NCBI GenBank assembly: GCA_048938385.1
Contig: JBHLMG010000004.1
Location: forward strand, 1 to 56,983
Reading direction: 5' to 3'
Length of the DNA: 56,983 nt
Source: Promethearchaeota archaeon
GTDB taxonomy: Archaea > Asgardarchaeota > Hermodarchaeia > Hermodarchaeales > Hermodarchaeaceae
Shown: piece by piece, positions 29,952 to 38,948 of the stretch
Position numbering within the stretch: position 1 is the stretch's first letter
How the letters are laid out: each line of letters starts with the position of its first letter
Notes under the pieces: model-generated
The model's input: only the letters and a program-made list of their open reading frames with translations
Told to the model about the DNA's origin: nothing
Databases searched by the model: none
Translations under genes and position numbers: made by a program

Positions 29952-30671
29952 ATGTTTGAAAAGAAATCTATATATGATGGAATCAAGGGTTTGTGCCCTG
30001 GAGATTTTGTTCCTGTGATGGCTACTCGAGTAACGCCCAAAAGCGAGACACAGTCCATAGGTTCTTTCCGTATTATTAGCGTGGAACAAAGACACGAACA
30101 TAGTGGTCGAGTAGTAATGCTCATTGATGGTGAGGGTTTAGGTGAAACAAAAACAGATCTGCGTAAACGACATTTCACTTACAAGATTGATGGCGTTACT
30201 GATGTTGAAGTAAAAGCTGGGACTTGGCTTATGAGCCCCCGAGAGGATCTTGGAGCTATTCTCGAAGTAGAGGTAATTGGACCTTGGGGATCAAAACGAA
30301 GTAAATCTACTCGAGTAGCACTTCGAGTCCAATTTGATGAAGTGGGTGTGATTCGCCTAAACGAAACATGGTTCTTCTATGCTAGTCGCCCAATCACCCG
30401 TCGAATGCGTAGTAAATGGTTAAAGCGAATGAATGAAGGCGCTGAACAATACTACCATCGAGTGCTTCCTGGACTTCTAGATTCTCTTCTGTTCGAGTCA
30501 ACAGAAGGCATCAGCGGTAAACAAATCAGCCAAATACATCAACTTGAGAATTTTATCTTGAATAGAGCAATTCAGCTCGCAATTTCTCAGGAAACTATCC
30601 ATTTAACAAGTACTCAACTGGTTCAAGCAACAAAAGAAATCCTTACATCCACACAAAAACCCAAACGATAA
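29952..30671 (+). CDS. Hypothetical protein (beta-rich N-terminal part, helical C-terminal part)
   Basis: 239-aa ORF with GAGG just before the ATG; no recognised family. Confidence 0.6.
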   Translation: MFEKKSIYDGIKGLCPGDFVPVMATRVTPKSETQSIGSFRIISVEQRHEHSGRVVMLIDGEGLGETKTDLRKRHFTYKIDGVTDVEVKAGTWLMSPREDLGAILEVEVIGPWGSKRSKSTRVALRVQFDEVGVIRLNETWFFYASRPITRRMRSKWLKRMNEGAEQYYHRVLPGLLDSLLFESTEGISGKQISQIHQLENFILNRAIQLAISQETIHLTSTQLVQATKEILTSTQKPKR

Positions 30672-30673
30672 TA

Positions 30674-30687
30674 CGAAAAGTTTAAGT
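30674..30687 (+). promoter_or_regulatory. Archaeal BRE + TATA box for the TFS/RpoM-like gene
   Basis: CGAAAAG is immediately followed by TTTAAGT, about 50 nt upstream of the CDS. Confidence 0.55.
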
Positions 30688-30738
30688 GGAAAGTGCTCGC
30701 GGCATCCATCGCAATGATATTTTCGGGGGGTAAAGACC

Positions 30739-31008
30739 ATAGAGTTTTGCCCGAAATGCGGTAGCTTAATGCGTCCAATGAAAGACAAAGAAGGCAAACC
30801 TGGACTCAAATGCTCCTGCGGGTTTACCTCATCCACAAAAGAGATGGAAGGTTACAAAGTCAAGTTCCCCATCCGGCATACGGAACGGGATTACATCGTA
30901 GTCGTTGAAGAAGATGAACAAGAGAAGAAACGGAAGAAGCGTGAAGTGGACGAGGATGAACGACAGGAAATGCTTGAACTCATGTTGGATTACTTCCCCG
31001 AAGATTAG
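30739..31008 (+). CDS. TFS/RpoM-like zinc-ribbon protein, N-terminal ribbon only, apparent ATA start
   Basis: In-frame extension gives (ATA)EFCPKCGSLMRP...LKCSCGF, the RpoM/TFS N-ribbon. It ends in a charged helical tail with no second ribbon. Confidence 0.8.
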   Translation: MEFCPKCGSLMRPMKDKEGKPGLKCSCGFTSSTKEMEGYKVKFPIRHTERDYIVVVEEDEQEKKRKKREVDEDERQEMLELMLDYFPED

Positions 31009-31085
31009 ACCTTACCTCTTTTTTCCAATGATACTCCCAGTTTAATATGAATGGTCAAGCACCTGATAAGGATTGGCACGCCTTC

Positions 31086-31895
31086 TCATACATAAAACGG
31101 TAATGGACGATACCCGTGCTCTTGAGCCGCGCGTTCTTCTCTGTGAGCCTCTTTCGCTAAATCATTTAACTGAGCCTTAATCACTGATTTGTTTTGAACT
31201 AAAGGTTGAATGCTTATATCTAGATCAAGAAATCGGTTGATGGTTGATAAGATGCTCGCAGCTGCTTCCGGGTCTGGGACCTCTGAAGTTGCAGTTACTA
31301 GCAGGCAATAGCCATCAAGGTTTCGAATCAGACACTCATTTAGAATTGCCCCTGCAATCCCAGCGACAAATCCTTTATCAACGCGAGGGACAGAGACTTT
31401 TTCAAGCTCTTCTAAGAGGTGAGGTTCAGCCGCTCCAAATACTTCGGGCTTTCCTTCCCGTTGTTGGACGCCAATACCTTCCAAGCAAACAACTTTTTTC
31501 ACGCCTTTTTCTGTCGCCCAATCTAAGACCTTTCCTGCAACAAAGTATATCGTCTCTAATCCAAGAGCCACTTCTGAAATTACTGTGAGTACTTGAGCAT
31601 CATCGCTTGCATGTATTCGCACAGGAAGGCGGAGCGTCCCGCCAAAAAAGGGTGTAATGGGTGGGATCAAAGGTGATCGGATTGCTCCGATAAGTTTCAT
31701 GTTAAGCCCGTCAATCATGCGGCTAGCTGATATCATTCCGACTAAACCTGGTCCAGGAAATCCGATAACTAAGACAGGTTCCTTAGCGAATTTTACACTC
31801 TCGCCAATCGGAACAATCTGGATAAAGGGTTCTTCGGAAGTCTGTTTCGAGCCCGACGGATGGTTTACCAATGCATAACTCTCCAAGAAAGTCAA
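31086..31895 (-). CDS. Proteasome assembly chaperone PAC2/DUF75 family
   Basis: Motifs IGFPGPGLVG, PVRIH, LEGI, GIAGAIL and PDPEAA; C-terminal HbYX-like FYV. Confidence 0.9.
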   Translation of the reverse strand: MTFLESYALVNHPSGSKQTSEEPFIQIVPIGESVKFAKEPVLVIGFPGPGLVGMISASRMIDGLNMKLIGAIRSPLIPPITPFFGGTLRLPVRIHASDDAQVLTVISEVALGLETIYFVAGKVLDWATEKGVKKVVCLEGIGVQQREGKPEVFGAAEPHLLEELEKVSVPRVDKGFVAGIAGAILNECLIRNLDGYCLLVTATSEVPDPEAAASILSTINRFLDLDISIQPLVQNKSVIKAQLNDLAKEAHREERAAQEHGYRPLPFYV

Positions 31896-31970
31896 TAAAC
31901 AGCGATTTCTTCCTATAGCTAAAGAAGGTTTCCTTTCCTTTGGCTTCGCCTACTCTATATTCACTATTCT

Positions 31971-32243
31971 TTAGCCGCTTTGGTCCTGTAACCACGCTGC
32001 AATGCTCGCTGCTTTGTATCCACAATTTGGACAAGTGCTCTTCATCACACGGATATTGGTGATGTTAACTCGCGTTAAAAGATTCTGGCAATTCGGACAG
32101 GCAAAGTGCTTCTCTCCACACGCTTCACATTGACGAACGATCCCATCTGCAGTCCAGGGAATTGATCGACGCATCCATTCATCTGTGACACGACGAAAAA
32201 TTGTTCCACCGCATTTTTGACACTTCGTTTCTTCTGAAGCCAT
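31971..32243 (-). CDS. Small double zinc-ribbon protein
   Basis: Four CxxC pairs (CQKC, CEAC, CPNC, CPNC) in 90 aa; strong GGAGGT SD upstream. Confidence 0.75.
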   Translation of the reverse strand: MASEETKCQKCGGTIFRRVTDEWMRRSIPWTADGIVRQCEACGEKHFACPNCQNLLTRVNITNIRVMKSTCPNCGYKAASIAAWLQDQSG

Positions 32244-32336
32244 AGTAGTAACCTCCTTATCCCTTCCTACCCTTTCTCCCTCTTACAATATATAACTCGT
32301 CCTTGTCAACCATTGAGCGGAATTGATCTAGGCTCG

Positions 32337-34676
32337 TTAGGAAGAGCTTACACCATTTGCTGTTCGGGCTTGTGGTATTCGAGTGACTGCTGCTTCGGGA
32401 GGTGAGGACCAGACGGATTCATTGATGACTCGATGACGACGTTTTAGTTCCTCACGTTTCCCGGCATTCCATCCTGAAACATTTTGGTAATATCCCGTAA
32501 TACGGCTAAACCAATCCATTCCCGGGTTCCCACATCGGGGGCAGACTTCAATAAGGCCTCCTGCAGTATGATGGCACTTTTTACAAACTGACAGGTCTCG
32601 AGTATAACTGTAATATCCTAATTGGGTGTTCAATGCAATACTGCGATTTAACTTGTACAGGGCATCAGCATCCGGTGCAGCTTCTCCTAAAAATACATGG
32701 AAGATGTTTCCACCAGAAAGTAGAGGAAAGGCTTTTTCTTCGATCGCAATTTTCTTTGGTAAGGACACTCTGGCTTCATAGTCGACCATGAATCCGTTGG
32801 TGTAATAAGCTGGCACTGCGGTTCGTCCGGCTTCTTCGAGTTTCTGTTGCCAGTTCGTAGTATCGCCTTTAACGACTTGTTGTGCATCTTTGTTGTAATG
32901 TAACAGGTCAAGGATTGCTAATCGAGAAGAACATGATTCTGCGGGGGTTCTTGCTACGGCAAAGGGTAAACCTAGCTCATTTGCAAATTCAAGACGGATT
33001 TTCTCCATCTCTACCAAGACGCGCAACCCAAAGCGGACCGAATCCTGATTTTCATGTAACTGTGCCCCTGTATGGTATTGAACCATCTCATTAGCGCCAA
33101 CAAAGCCAAATACCGGTGACATGTTCAGGATGTCAAATAGAGGCGGCGCCTTTCGTCCATTCCACTGAGGTTGTTGCATCAAAAATGGTAGCATCCCATT
33201 CTCCATTTGTCGCTTCATGAAGGCTCGTTTGATTAGGTGTACTCGTTTAGCTAGCTCCATCCGGTCACGAAGTTTCTCGAGTACTAGGGTGTCGTTTCCA
33301 TTGGCTTCATAGGCGAGTCGTGGCAAATTAATTGTGATGACTTGTAAACCACCCATCGAAAAGTGCGCTCCATCCTCAAACATCACCTTCCGCATGGTCT
33401 CATCATGATCATCTCCATCGACAAAGCGGAACGCGCAACATTGATAACATTCAACGGATTCTTCGCTTCTCCATGGTGGGATGAGGTTATCAAAGTAGCT
33501 GCTTCCGAATGTAGCAGAAAGCTTAGCTGCCAGGTACATGACTTCGTCATATTCGCTTTTCGTTAGGTAGTCACGGCGGAGGCTGATTTCCGGTTTTGGG
33601 AAGCTAAACATTTTCCCCCAGGCATCGCCCTTGAGATAGCCTTCAAGGATGGCCGTCATAAAGGTTCGTGCTTCCTCTTCGTAATCGCCGTAAGTATCAG
33701 GACCTACTTTTCCATGATAGACGACTGGCGCGTCACGCCAAATCTTAGGAATACCAGCTTCGAGTTGGATGCTCGAAAAAACTAGTTGTCCTCCGCGGGA
33801 AACATAGGTTTCATTCGCTTCGAAGAGGATGGTTTGAGCAAGTTGTTCAATTTCTCGAGCAGACTTTCCACGGAGGTATGGCGCCATGAATACATTAAAA
33901 TTGAAGAGTCCTTGACCACCGGCGCAATTAGTTTGCCCTGCGGCAAGGACTTTGATGAGGTGCAAGATAGCCACCGTGGGGTAGCTCGCTGGCTTCGCAA
34001 CAGCTGTCCTTTCACCGAGCCCATCACACATCAACCCATATTTGAAGAAGTATCTTGAGTCATAATCTGCGCAGAAGGGGCGGGTACCGAAATATTCGAG
34101 GTCATGAATATGTATATCTCCCACTAAATGCGCATCAGCTATCTCAGGGGGAAGCATCAGAAGGTAGGCTTCTTTACAGAGCCGGTCTGCAATCTTTTTG
34201 TGAATAGTTTCGGGGTTTGGCTGCATATTTGCGTTTTCCTGAGCTTCGTAGCCATTACCCCCTATGATATGACTGAAGTCCCACATGGGGACACCTACAC
34301 GCGTTAAGGCGTTTCGATAGACGGCAAAGTGAGGATCGGATTTCGCTTTCTCCAAGAGAACCTGGTTTTGGATTTCTCGGATAAGAGGAGCGCTTACAAA
34401 GGGTAGTTGCATTTGTTGAATCCGTAGTTCAACTTCTTTTGCAATGACTTGTGCATCTTTTCGGCTAATAGAAGGAATATCAAACAGTTCCTGTACCAAC
34501 ATGGTTTCTCGAACGAGGGCGTCGACAATTCGTCGGCGATTCCAACTTCGAATTAGCGAATCGCTTGTACGAACCATAGGCATGCCGGCGGTTTCTTTAC
34601 GAACGGCTTGGATCCAATGATCTAGTGGTACAGTTTTTTGTGTCCCGTTTTTCTGCTTCCTCCTACGCCGTGCCAT
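32337..34676 (-). CDS. nrdD: Class III anaerobic ribonucleoside-triphosphate reductase
   Basis: N-terminal ATP-cone, HIHDLEYF, FSFPKPE, QCC, TINLPRLA, TPAES, YYTNG, two CxxC Zn sites and the glycyl radical motif SRITGYY. Confidence 0.95.
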   Translation of the reverse strand: MARRRRKQKNGTQKTVPLDHWIQAVRKETAGMPMVRTSDSLIRSWNRRRIVDALVRETMLVQELFDIPSISRKDAQVIAKEVELRIQQMQLPFVSAPLIREIQNQVLLEKAKSDPHFAVYRNALTRVGVPMWDFSHIIGGNGYEAQENANMQPNPETIHKKIADRLCKEAYLLMLPPEIADAHLVGDIHIHDLEYFGTRPFCADYDSRYFFKYGLMCDGLGERTAVAKPASYPTVAILHLIKVLAAGQTNCAGGQGLFNFNVFMAPYLRGKSAREIEQLAQTILFEANETYVSRGGQLVFSSIQLEAGIPKIWRDAPVVYHGKVGPDTYGDYEEEARTFMTAILEGYLKGDAWGKMFSFPKPEISLRRDYLTKSEYDEVMYLAAKLSATFGSSYFDNLIPPWRSEESVECYQCCAFRFVDGDDHDETMRKVMFEDGAHFSMGGLQVITINLPRLAYEANGNDTLVLEKLRDRMELAKRVHLIKRAFMKRQMENGMLPFLMQQPQWNGRKAPPLFDILNMSPVFGFVGANEMVQYHTGAQLHENQDSVRFGLRVLVEMEKIRLEFANELGLPFAVARTPAESCSSRLAILDLLHYNKDAQQVVKGDTTNWQQKLEEAGRTAVPAYYTNGFMVDYEARVSLPKKIAIEEKAFPLLSGGNIFHVFLGEAAPDADALYKLNRSIALNTQLGYYSYTRDLSVCKKCHHTAGGLIEVCPRCGNPGMDWFSRITGYYQNVSGWNAGKREELKRRHRVINESVWSSPPEAAVTRIPQARTANGVSSS

Positions 34677-34929
34677 GTTCGTTACTCCTTAGAAATGATG
34701 CGAGAGCAGCCTCATCGATCTGATTGTTGATAAAGATATCAGTCTGATGAAGGACTCTGTCGCCAATGACAAGTGCAGGGGTACTGTAAATATTGAGCAT
34801 AAGTGCATCTACTTTGGCTTCTGGCTCCTCAATCATTCGTACTGTATGCTCGATACCGTGATCAGTCAGGTAGCTTTTCAGCACATCACAACGCGGACAA
34901 ACGCTGCTGGAAAACACCATACAGACCAC
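34663..34929 (-). CDS. Glutaredoxin/NrdH-like redoxin
   Basis: CPRC active site and STPALVIG cis-Pro motif; overlaps the nrdD start by 14 nt. Confidence 0.85.
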   Translation of the reverse strand: MVCMVFSSSVCPRCDVLKSYLTDHGIEHTVRMIEEPEAKVDALMLNIYSTPALVIGDRVLHQTDIFINNQIDEAALASFLRSNEHGTA

Positions 34930-35361
34930 GAAAAAACCCGCCTCCTAATATTTCTCATTTCCTTCCATAAAAACGTATTTTAAGTCGGTGCTGATTTAAT
35001 CACCAAACCTTCTTCAGATTTAATTCCTGATTTGGGGATTTCCTGTCATCGAAGGATTTACACGCTGTCACGCAGCATCTCAGAGTACTTTCATAGCGGA
35101 TCTTCAAAAAATTACAAAAATCCACCCACTTTTCCTTGAAATAAAATTTTCACGAGGAAAACCGATTCTTCCAGACAGAACAGCTCATCGACAAGCGCGC
35201 GTAAAATCTCGAAGTGTAGTCGCTTGTCCGCTCTTGGTAACTATGATAGTTCATCCCGCAGATACGGTCACACAAATGCCTTCCTTTCATCGCGGTCGAA
35301 GCGACCAGTGTTTTTCAACCAATCGGTGTAAATAAAGATGCCGATAGCCTCTTACTGAAAA

Positions 35362-36267
35362 GTGTGTTCAGTTATGGATAGCGAGAATCTCGCCAATATC
35401 ATCGGGAAATTCAACACTCTATTTTCTGACACACTCAGAAACGCATGTGACTCTTCAAAAGTGGTGGGTCTATTATTTTCTGGGGGGTTGGATAGTAGCA
35501 TCCTCGCTTCTATGTTGGCGAAGATTCATTCCGGAACTCTTCGCCTTTTCGTTGCAGGAACTGAGTTGGCAAAGGACATCAAAGTCGCACATGCAGTCTC
35601 TGAAGTAATTAATCTTCCACTTATCATTCGCGAATTCTCGTCTGATGATGTAAAGGAGGCGCTGCCAGAAATTTTGTCCATAATTGAAGTTGTTGATGTT
35701 CTCCAAGTTTCACTCGCAATTCCCCTGTATCTTGCTGTTAAGTGCGCACAACAATTCGATGTTGCTGTACTGTTTAGTGGTCAAGGAGCTGATGAATTAT
35801 TTGGGGGCTATGCGAGACATGAACGCCAATTTATTCAATCAGGGGAAGAAGCGGTAATAGTAGAAATGCAACGGGATCTTCGCAAGTTACAAGAAAAAAC
35901 TCATCCCTGTCAACAAGCAGTGGTCAACCATTTTGGAATAGAATTTATGACGCCGTTCCTCAATGAATCCCTAATCCAATTTGCCTTCAATCTTCCCATG
36001 AAATTAAAACTAGCCTCTTCCTCAAACGGCGTGATTCGAAAATATTTCCTCCGACTAGTCGCTCAAGACCTCGGTCTTCCTCCTGAAGTTGTGAATGCTC
36101 CTAAACGAGCAATGCAATATGGATCAGGCACTCACCGCATTCTGAAAAACCTCTCCCGAGAATATTGGTCCAGCCATCTCTCGACTCTAACTCTTCGTGA
36201 AGCCCAATCAACTGCTAAAATTCGACAGTTCCTTAATCGCGTAAAAAATCAAGGTTCTGTGAGTTGA
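35362..36267 (+). CDS. Stand-alone asparagine synthase C-terminal (PP-loop) domain protein
   Basis: Motifs FSGGLDSS, SGQGADELFGGY, PFL, RKYFLR and PKRAMQYGSG; no Ntn glutaminase domain. Confidence 0.88.
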   Translation: MCSVMDSENLANIIGKFNTLFSDTLRNACDSSKVVGLLFSGGLDSSILASMLAKIHSGTLRLFVAGTELAKDIKVAHAVSEVINLPLIIREFSSDDVKEALPEILSIIEVVDVLQVSLAIPLYLAVKCAQQFDVAVLFSGQGADELFGGYARHERQFIQSGEEAVIVEMQRDLRKLQEKTHPCQQAVVNHFGIEFMTPFLNESLIQFAFNLPMKLKLASSSNGVIRKYFLRLVAQDLGLPPEVVNAPKRAMQYGSGTHRILKNLSREYWSSHLSTLTLREAQSTAKIRQFLNRVKNQGSVS

Positions 36268-36294
36268 CACAAAATATCGATACTTCGTTCGAAG

Positions 36295-36693
36295 CTATTT
36301 GAGTAAACGCTGGAGTCGTTTTGCCATTGAATCGATTATCAGTGTAGTGGCTCCTAATGGGGCTGTATGATCAGCAATCACTGCTAATACATTAGCCGTA
36401 CCCACCCAGCGAACAAGTAAGTGACCGCGATGACAACGCAACATCAAATCCTTATATTTCCCAATTCTTAAACGATTGGCAGTTTGCTCTGATAAGGATC
36501 CCAGAGATGCAATAGCTGCAGCGAGTTCGAGTTTTTCTACTTCGCTCTTACCCATGAATAAGACAAGGGGTAACCCATCAGCAGTTAAAACGGCAGCGCT
36601 CCTAACGGTTGCCTCGTTTTTGACGACCTCTGCTAAGTAAGCCTCTACCTTTGATAGGGCTGTCGCATTTGCAGTCGATTGCATATGTTTCAA
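36295..36693 (-). CDS. Roadblock/LC7 domain protein
   Basis: SAAVLTADGLPL, LAAAIASL and a beta-meander ending APLG; 132 aa. Confidence 0.88.
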   Translation of the reverse strand: MKHMQSTANATALSKVEAYLAEVVKNEATVRSAAVLTADGLPLVLFMGKSEVEKLELAAAIASLGSLSEQTANRLRIGKYKDLMLRCHRGHLLVRWVGTANVLAVIADHTAPLGATTLIIDSMAKRLQRLLK

Positions 36694-36821
36694 CAGCCTG
36701 TGTGAAACTTAATAGTGTTTCCTGACCTTAGAAAACATCATTCCTGGTGGCAAAGTATACACGCATCAAAGAAGATGATATTCACAGTGCCAATACTTTT
36801 ATTAGCTGTCCATAATTCTCC

Positions 36822-37439
36822 ATGACAACTCATTTGTTGGTGGAAATCGTGTCAGATAAAACCGCGAAATCAAAGCCTAACTCGAAACCCAAAGCCAAAA
36901 CCACCAGAACGAAAACTTCCCGTAAGACAGCTGGCAAAGACAAACCGGTCGCCAAGTCTAAAACTACTACCAAAGCCAAAGCGAAAACACCTCCTAAAAA
37001 ACCCGCCCGCAAAGCTGCATCAAAAACAGTTCCCAAATCAACGACTAAGCCCAAAACCTCAAAGAAAAAACCTAGCGTATCGAAGGCTCCAGCAAAGAAA
37101 ACCACCAGAAAGCGAAGGTCAAAACCAACAACGGTAAAGGCCAAGCCAGCCCGAGCACGACGCTTACCACTTGAAAAGCCTGTCAAAGGGGTTCTGATGA
37201 ATTTCCAACGGGGAACTGTTCGACAATACCAACAATACGGCCTCATCCAACTGGAGGGAGTAAGCACAATAGCCGAAGCCGCTCCCTTCATCGGTCGAAC
37301 CGTAATCCTCCATATTAGTGAACACATAAAAAACCAAGGACGCATCATCTCACTTCACGGTCGGAATGGTGTAATGCGTGTCCGTTTTCGTCGTAGTCTA
37401 GCTCCGGAAGCTCTTGCAAAAGAAGTCATGGTCTTTTAG
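36822..37439 (+). CDS. rpl35ae: Ribosomal protein L35Ae (eL33) with long K/T/P/A-rich N-terminal extension
   Basis: The C-terminal ~85 aa read KGVLMNFQRG..QY...LIQLEGV....A..FIGR...GRIISLHGRNGVMRVRF. The N-terminal ~110 aa are low-complexity and basic. Confidence 0.85.
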   Translation: MTTHLLVEIVSDKTAKSKPNSKPKAKTTRTKTSRKTAGKDKPVAKSKTTTKAKAKTPPKKPARKAASKTVPKSTTKPKTSKKKPSVSKAPAKKTTRKRRSKPTTVKAKPARARRLPLEKPVKGVLMNFQRGTVRQYQQYGLIQLEGVSTIAEAAPFIGRTVILHISEHIKNQGRIISLHGRNGVMRVRFRRSLAPEALAKEVMVF

Positions 37440-37598
37440 AGTTGTAGAACGAAACGAAGAAACCTTTTTGGCTGACCCACCCCCTTCAACCATAAGGTGT
37501 GAGCTATTTCCTTTCTTCCTTGCAGAACTTCACAAACCGTTGATATCACTTTCCTTCAGGAAGGTTTGAATTCACCACTAAAAAAGAAATAAGGAAAT

Positions 37599-37982
37599 AT
37601 GGTGTCTGAGATGGGTTACAATAAAAACAAAGCCAAACGAAGATCGCAGCTACCATCGACACCCCTGAAAGAGAAGGAAACCATATCGCCTAGGGAACTC
37701 GTCCCAAATAGCGAGAAAACCGTCACCGAACCGCAGGAATCCGATCTATCTGCTGACCAATTAGCCATCATCTTCGTCTGCCAACGAGGTCATCAATCTC
37801 TTATCAGCATCCTTCAAGGCGTGAATAGCACCCGAGTACCTGTAGGCAAACCGCCTCTTAAGGAGGAAAAACTACGCGATCTCCTCAAAGACTTAGAAAA
37901 CCAAGGTTATTTATCTACTACAGAAATTCATGATCAAACCACTTGGATTGCCACAGCCAAAGCCAATGCGCTCGAAACTTAA
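37599..37982 (+). CDS. Hypothetical protein, possible winged-helix domain
   Basis: C-terminal L..LL..LENQGYL...W..T pattern; disordered N-terminus. Confidence 0.5.
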   Translation: MVSEMGYNKNKAKRRSQLPSTPLKEKETISPRELVPNSEKTVTEPQESDLSADQLAIIFVCQRGHQSLISILQGVNSTRVPVGKPPLKEEKLRDLLKDLENQGYLSTTEIHDQTTWIATAKANALET

Positions 37983-38076
37983 TTTCACCGCATCTCATCT
38001 TCTTTTGAACTCAGGACTAGGCTGGAAAACCGAATTGAAATCGCATCACGCGTTTGGAATTAGTGGTCACAACTTC

Positions 38077-38316
38077 TTAAAACCCTGCGGCGATGCGTTC
38101 ACCTTGTTCGGTGAGGAAGTAGAATGAGTGGTAAACCCCTCGGCGCTGTTCGACGAGACCCGCAGATAACAGGCGCTTCAAATGGTAAGCTGCTGTACTA
38201 GGGGGGATATCCAACGCTCGTGCGATATCGCGCAGAAAAGTTCGTTGCCCATTGAGGGTGTTCAAAATCTCTCGACGCGTACGATGACGCAAAACTTTCT
38301 CGGATGTGGGAGTCAT
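38077..38316 (-). CDS. ArsR-like winged HTH regulator
   Basis: Motifs H.TRREIL..L, DIARALDIPPSTAAYHLKRL..AGLV and YFLT..G. Confidence 0.88.
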   Translation of the reverse strand: MTPTSEKVLRHRTRREILNTLNGQRTFLRDIARALDIPPSTAAYHLKRLLSAGLVEQRRGVYHSFYFLTEQGERIAAGF

Positions 38317-38561
38317 AACCTTAACCGTCCAAAATTACCAGCAACTCGGATGGCATTAACTTTCTGTGGTTAGATATATACTTTTCTGTATATGTATGAA
38401 CCCGTCTCACGCCCTATTAATTTAATAAACCATTCAGGTTCGTGGTTTTCTAGCTGGTTTTAGAAGGATTTTGGAAGAAGCGCGGGGATAAAAAGCCATA
38501 AGAAGAAGTAATCCGTCTAAGAACTAGCTCAAATGCTCTGCTTATCAATTGTAGAATATTA

Positions 38562-38948
38562 TTGGCTGGGGTAGATGTGCCAAAGGACCGTGAAAAAGAT
38601 ACATACGATCTGATCATGTCCCTTCTGTCTCTAAGCGAAATCCAACGACGGATTCTCATTTCGTTGGCACACATATACCCTCGAGCAGCGTCAGGAACTC
38701 AACTAATCACCTTAATAGGCTACAGCGGAAAAGCCAAGTCACTTTATCGTGGTCCATTAGAACGCCTTGAATCAGAGGAATTAATTCTCATAGATCGGTT
38801 GACCCCACGGCTTCACTCGATTCGGGTAAATCATCTGCATCCCCTAATAGCATACTTACTGGAACTTATCCAAGCCCATGGCAAAAAGACGATGGAGCTT
38901 TATATCCAAGCTCTTGAGGATGGAACAACAGTTGACAGACAAGAATGA
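38562..38948 (+). CDS. Hypothetical protein, probable winged-helix DNA-binding fold
   Basis: Motifs LSEIQRRIL..L, LY...LERLESEELI and NHLHPL. Confidence 0.55.
   Translation: MAGVDVPKDREKDTYDLIMSLLSLSEIQRRILISLAHIYPRAASGTQLITLIGYSGKAKSLYRGPLERLESEELILIDRLTPRLHSIRVNHLHPLIAYLLELIQAHGKKTMELYIQALEDGTTVDRQE

Noticed and set aside
36830-37348. 172-aa hydrophobic ORF on the minus strand
   Set aside because: It is the antisense shadow of the Lys-rich L35Ae gene; AAA/AAG codons read as Phe/Leu on the other strand.
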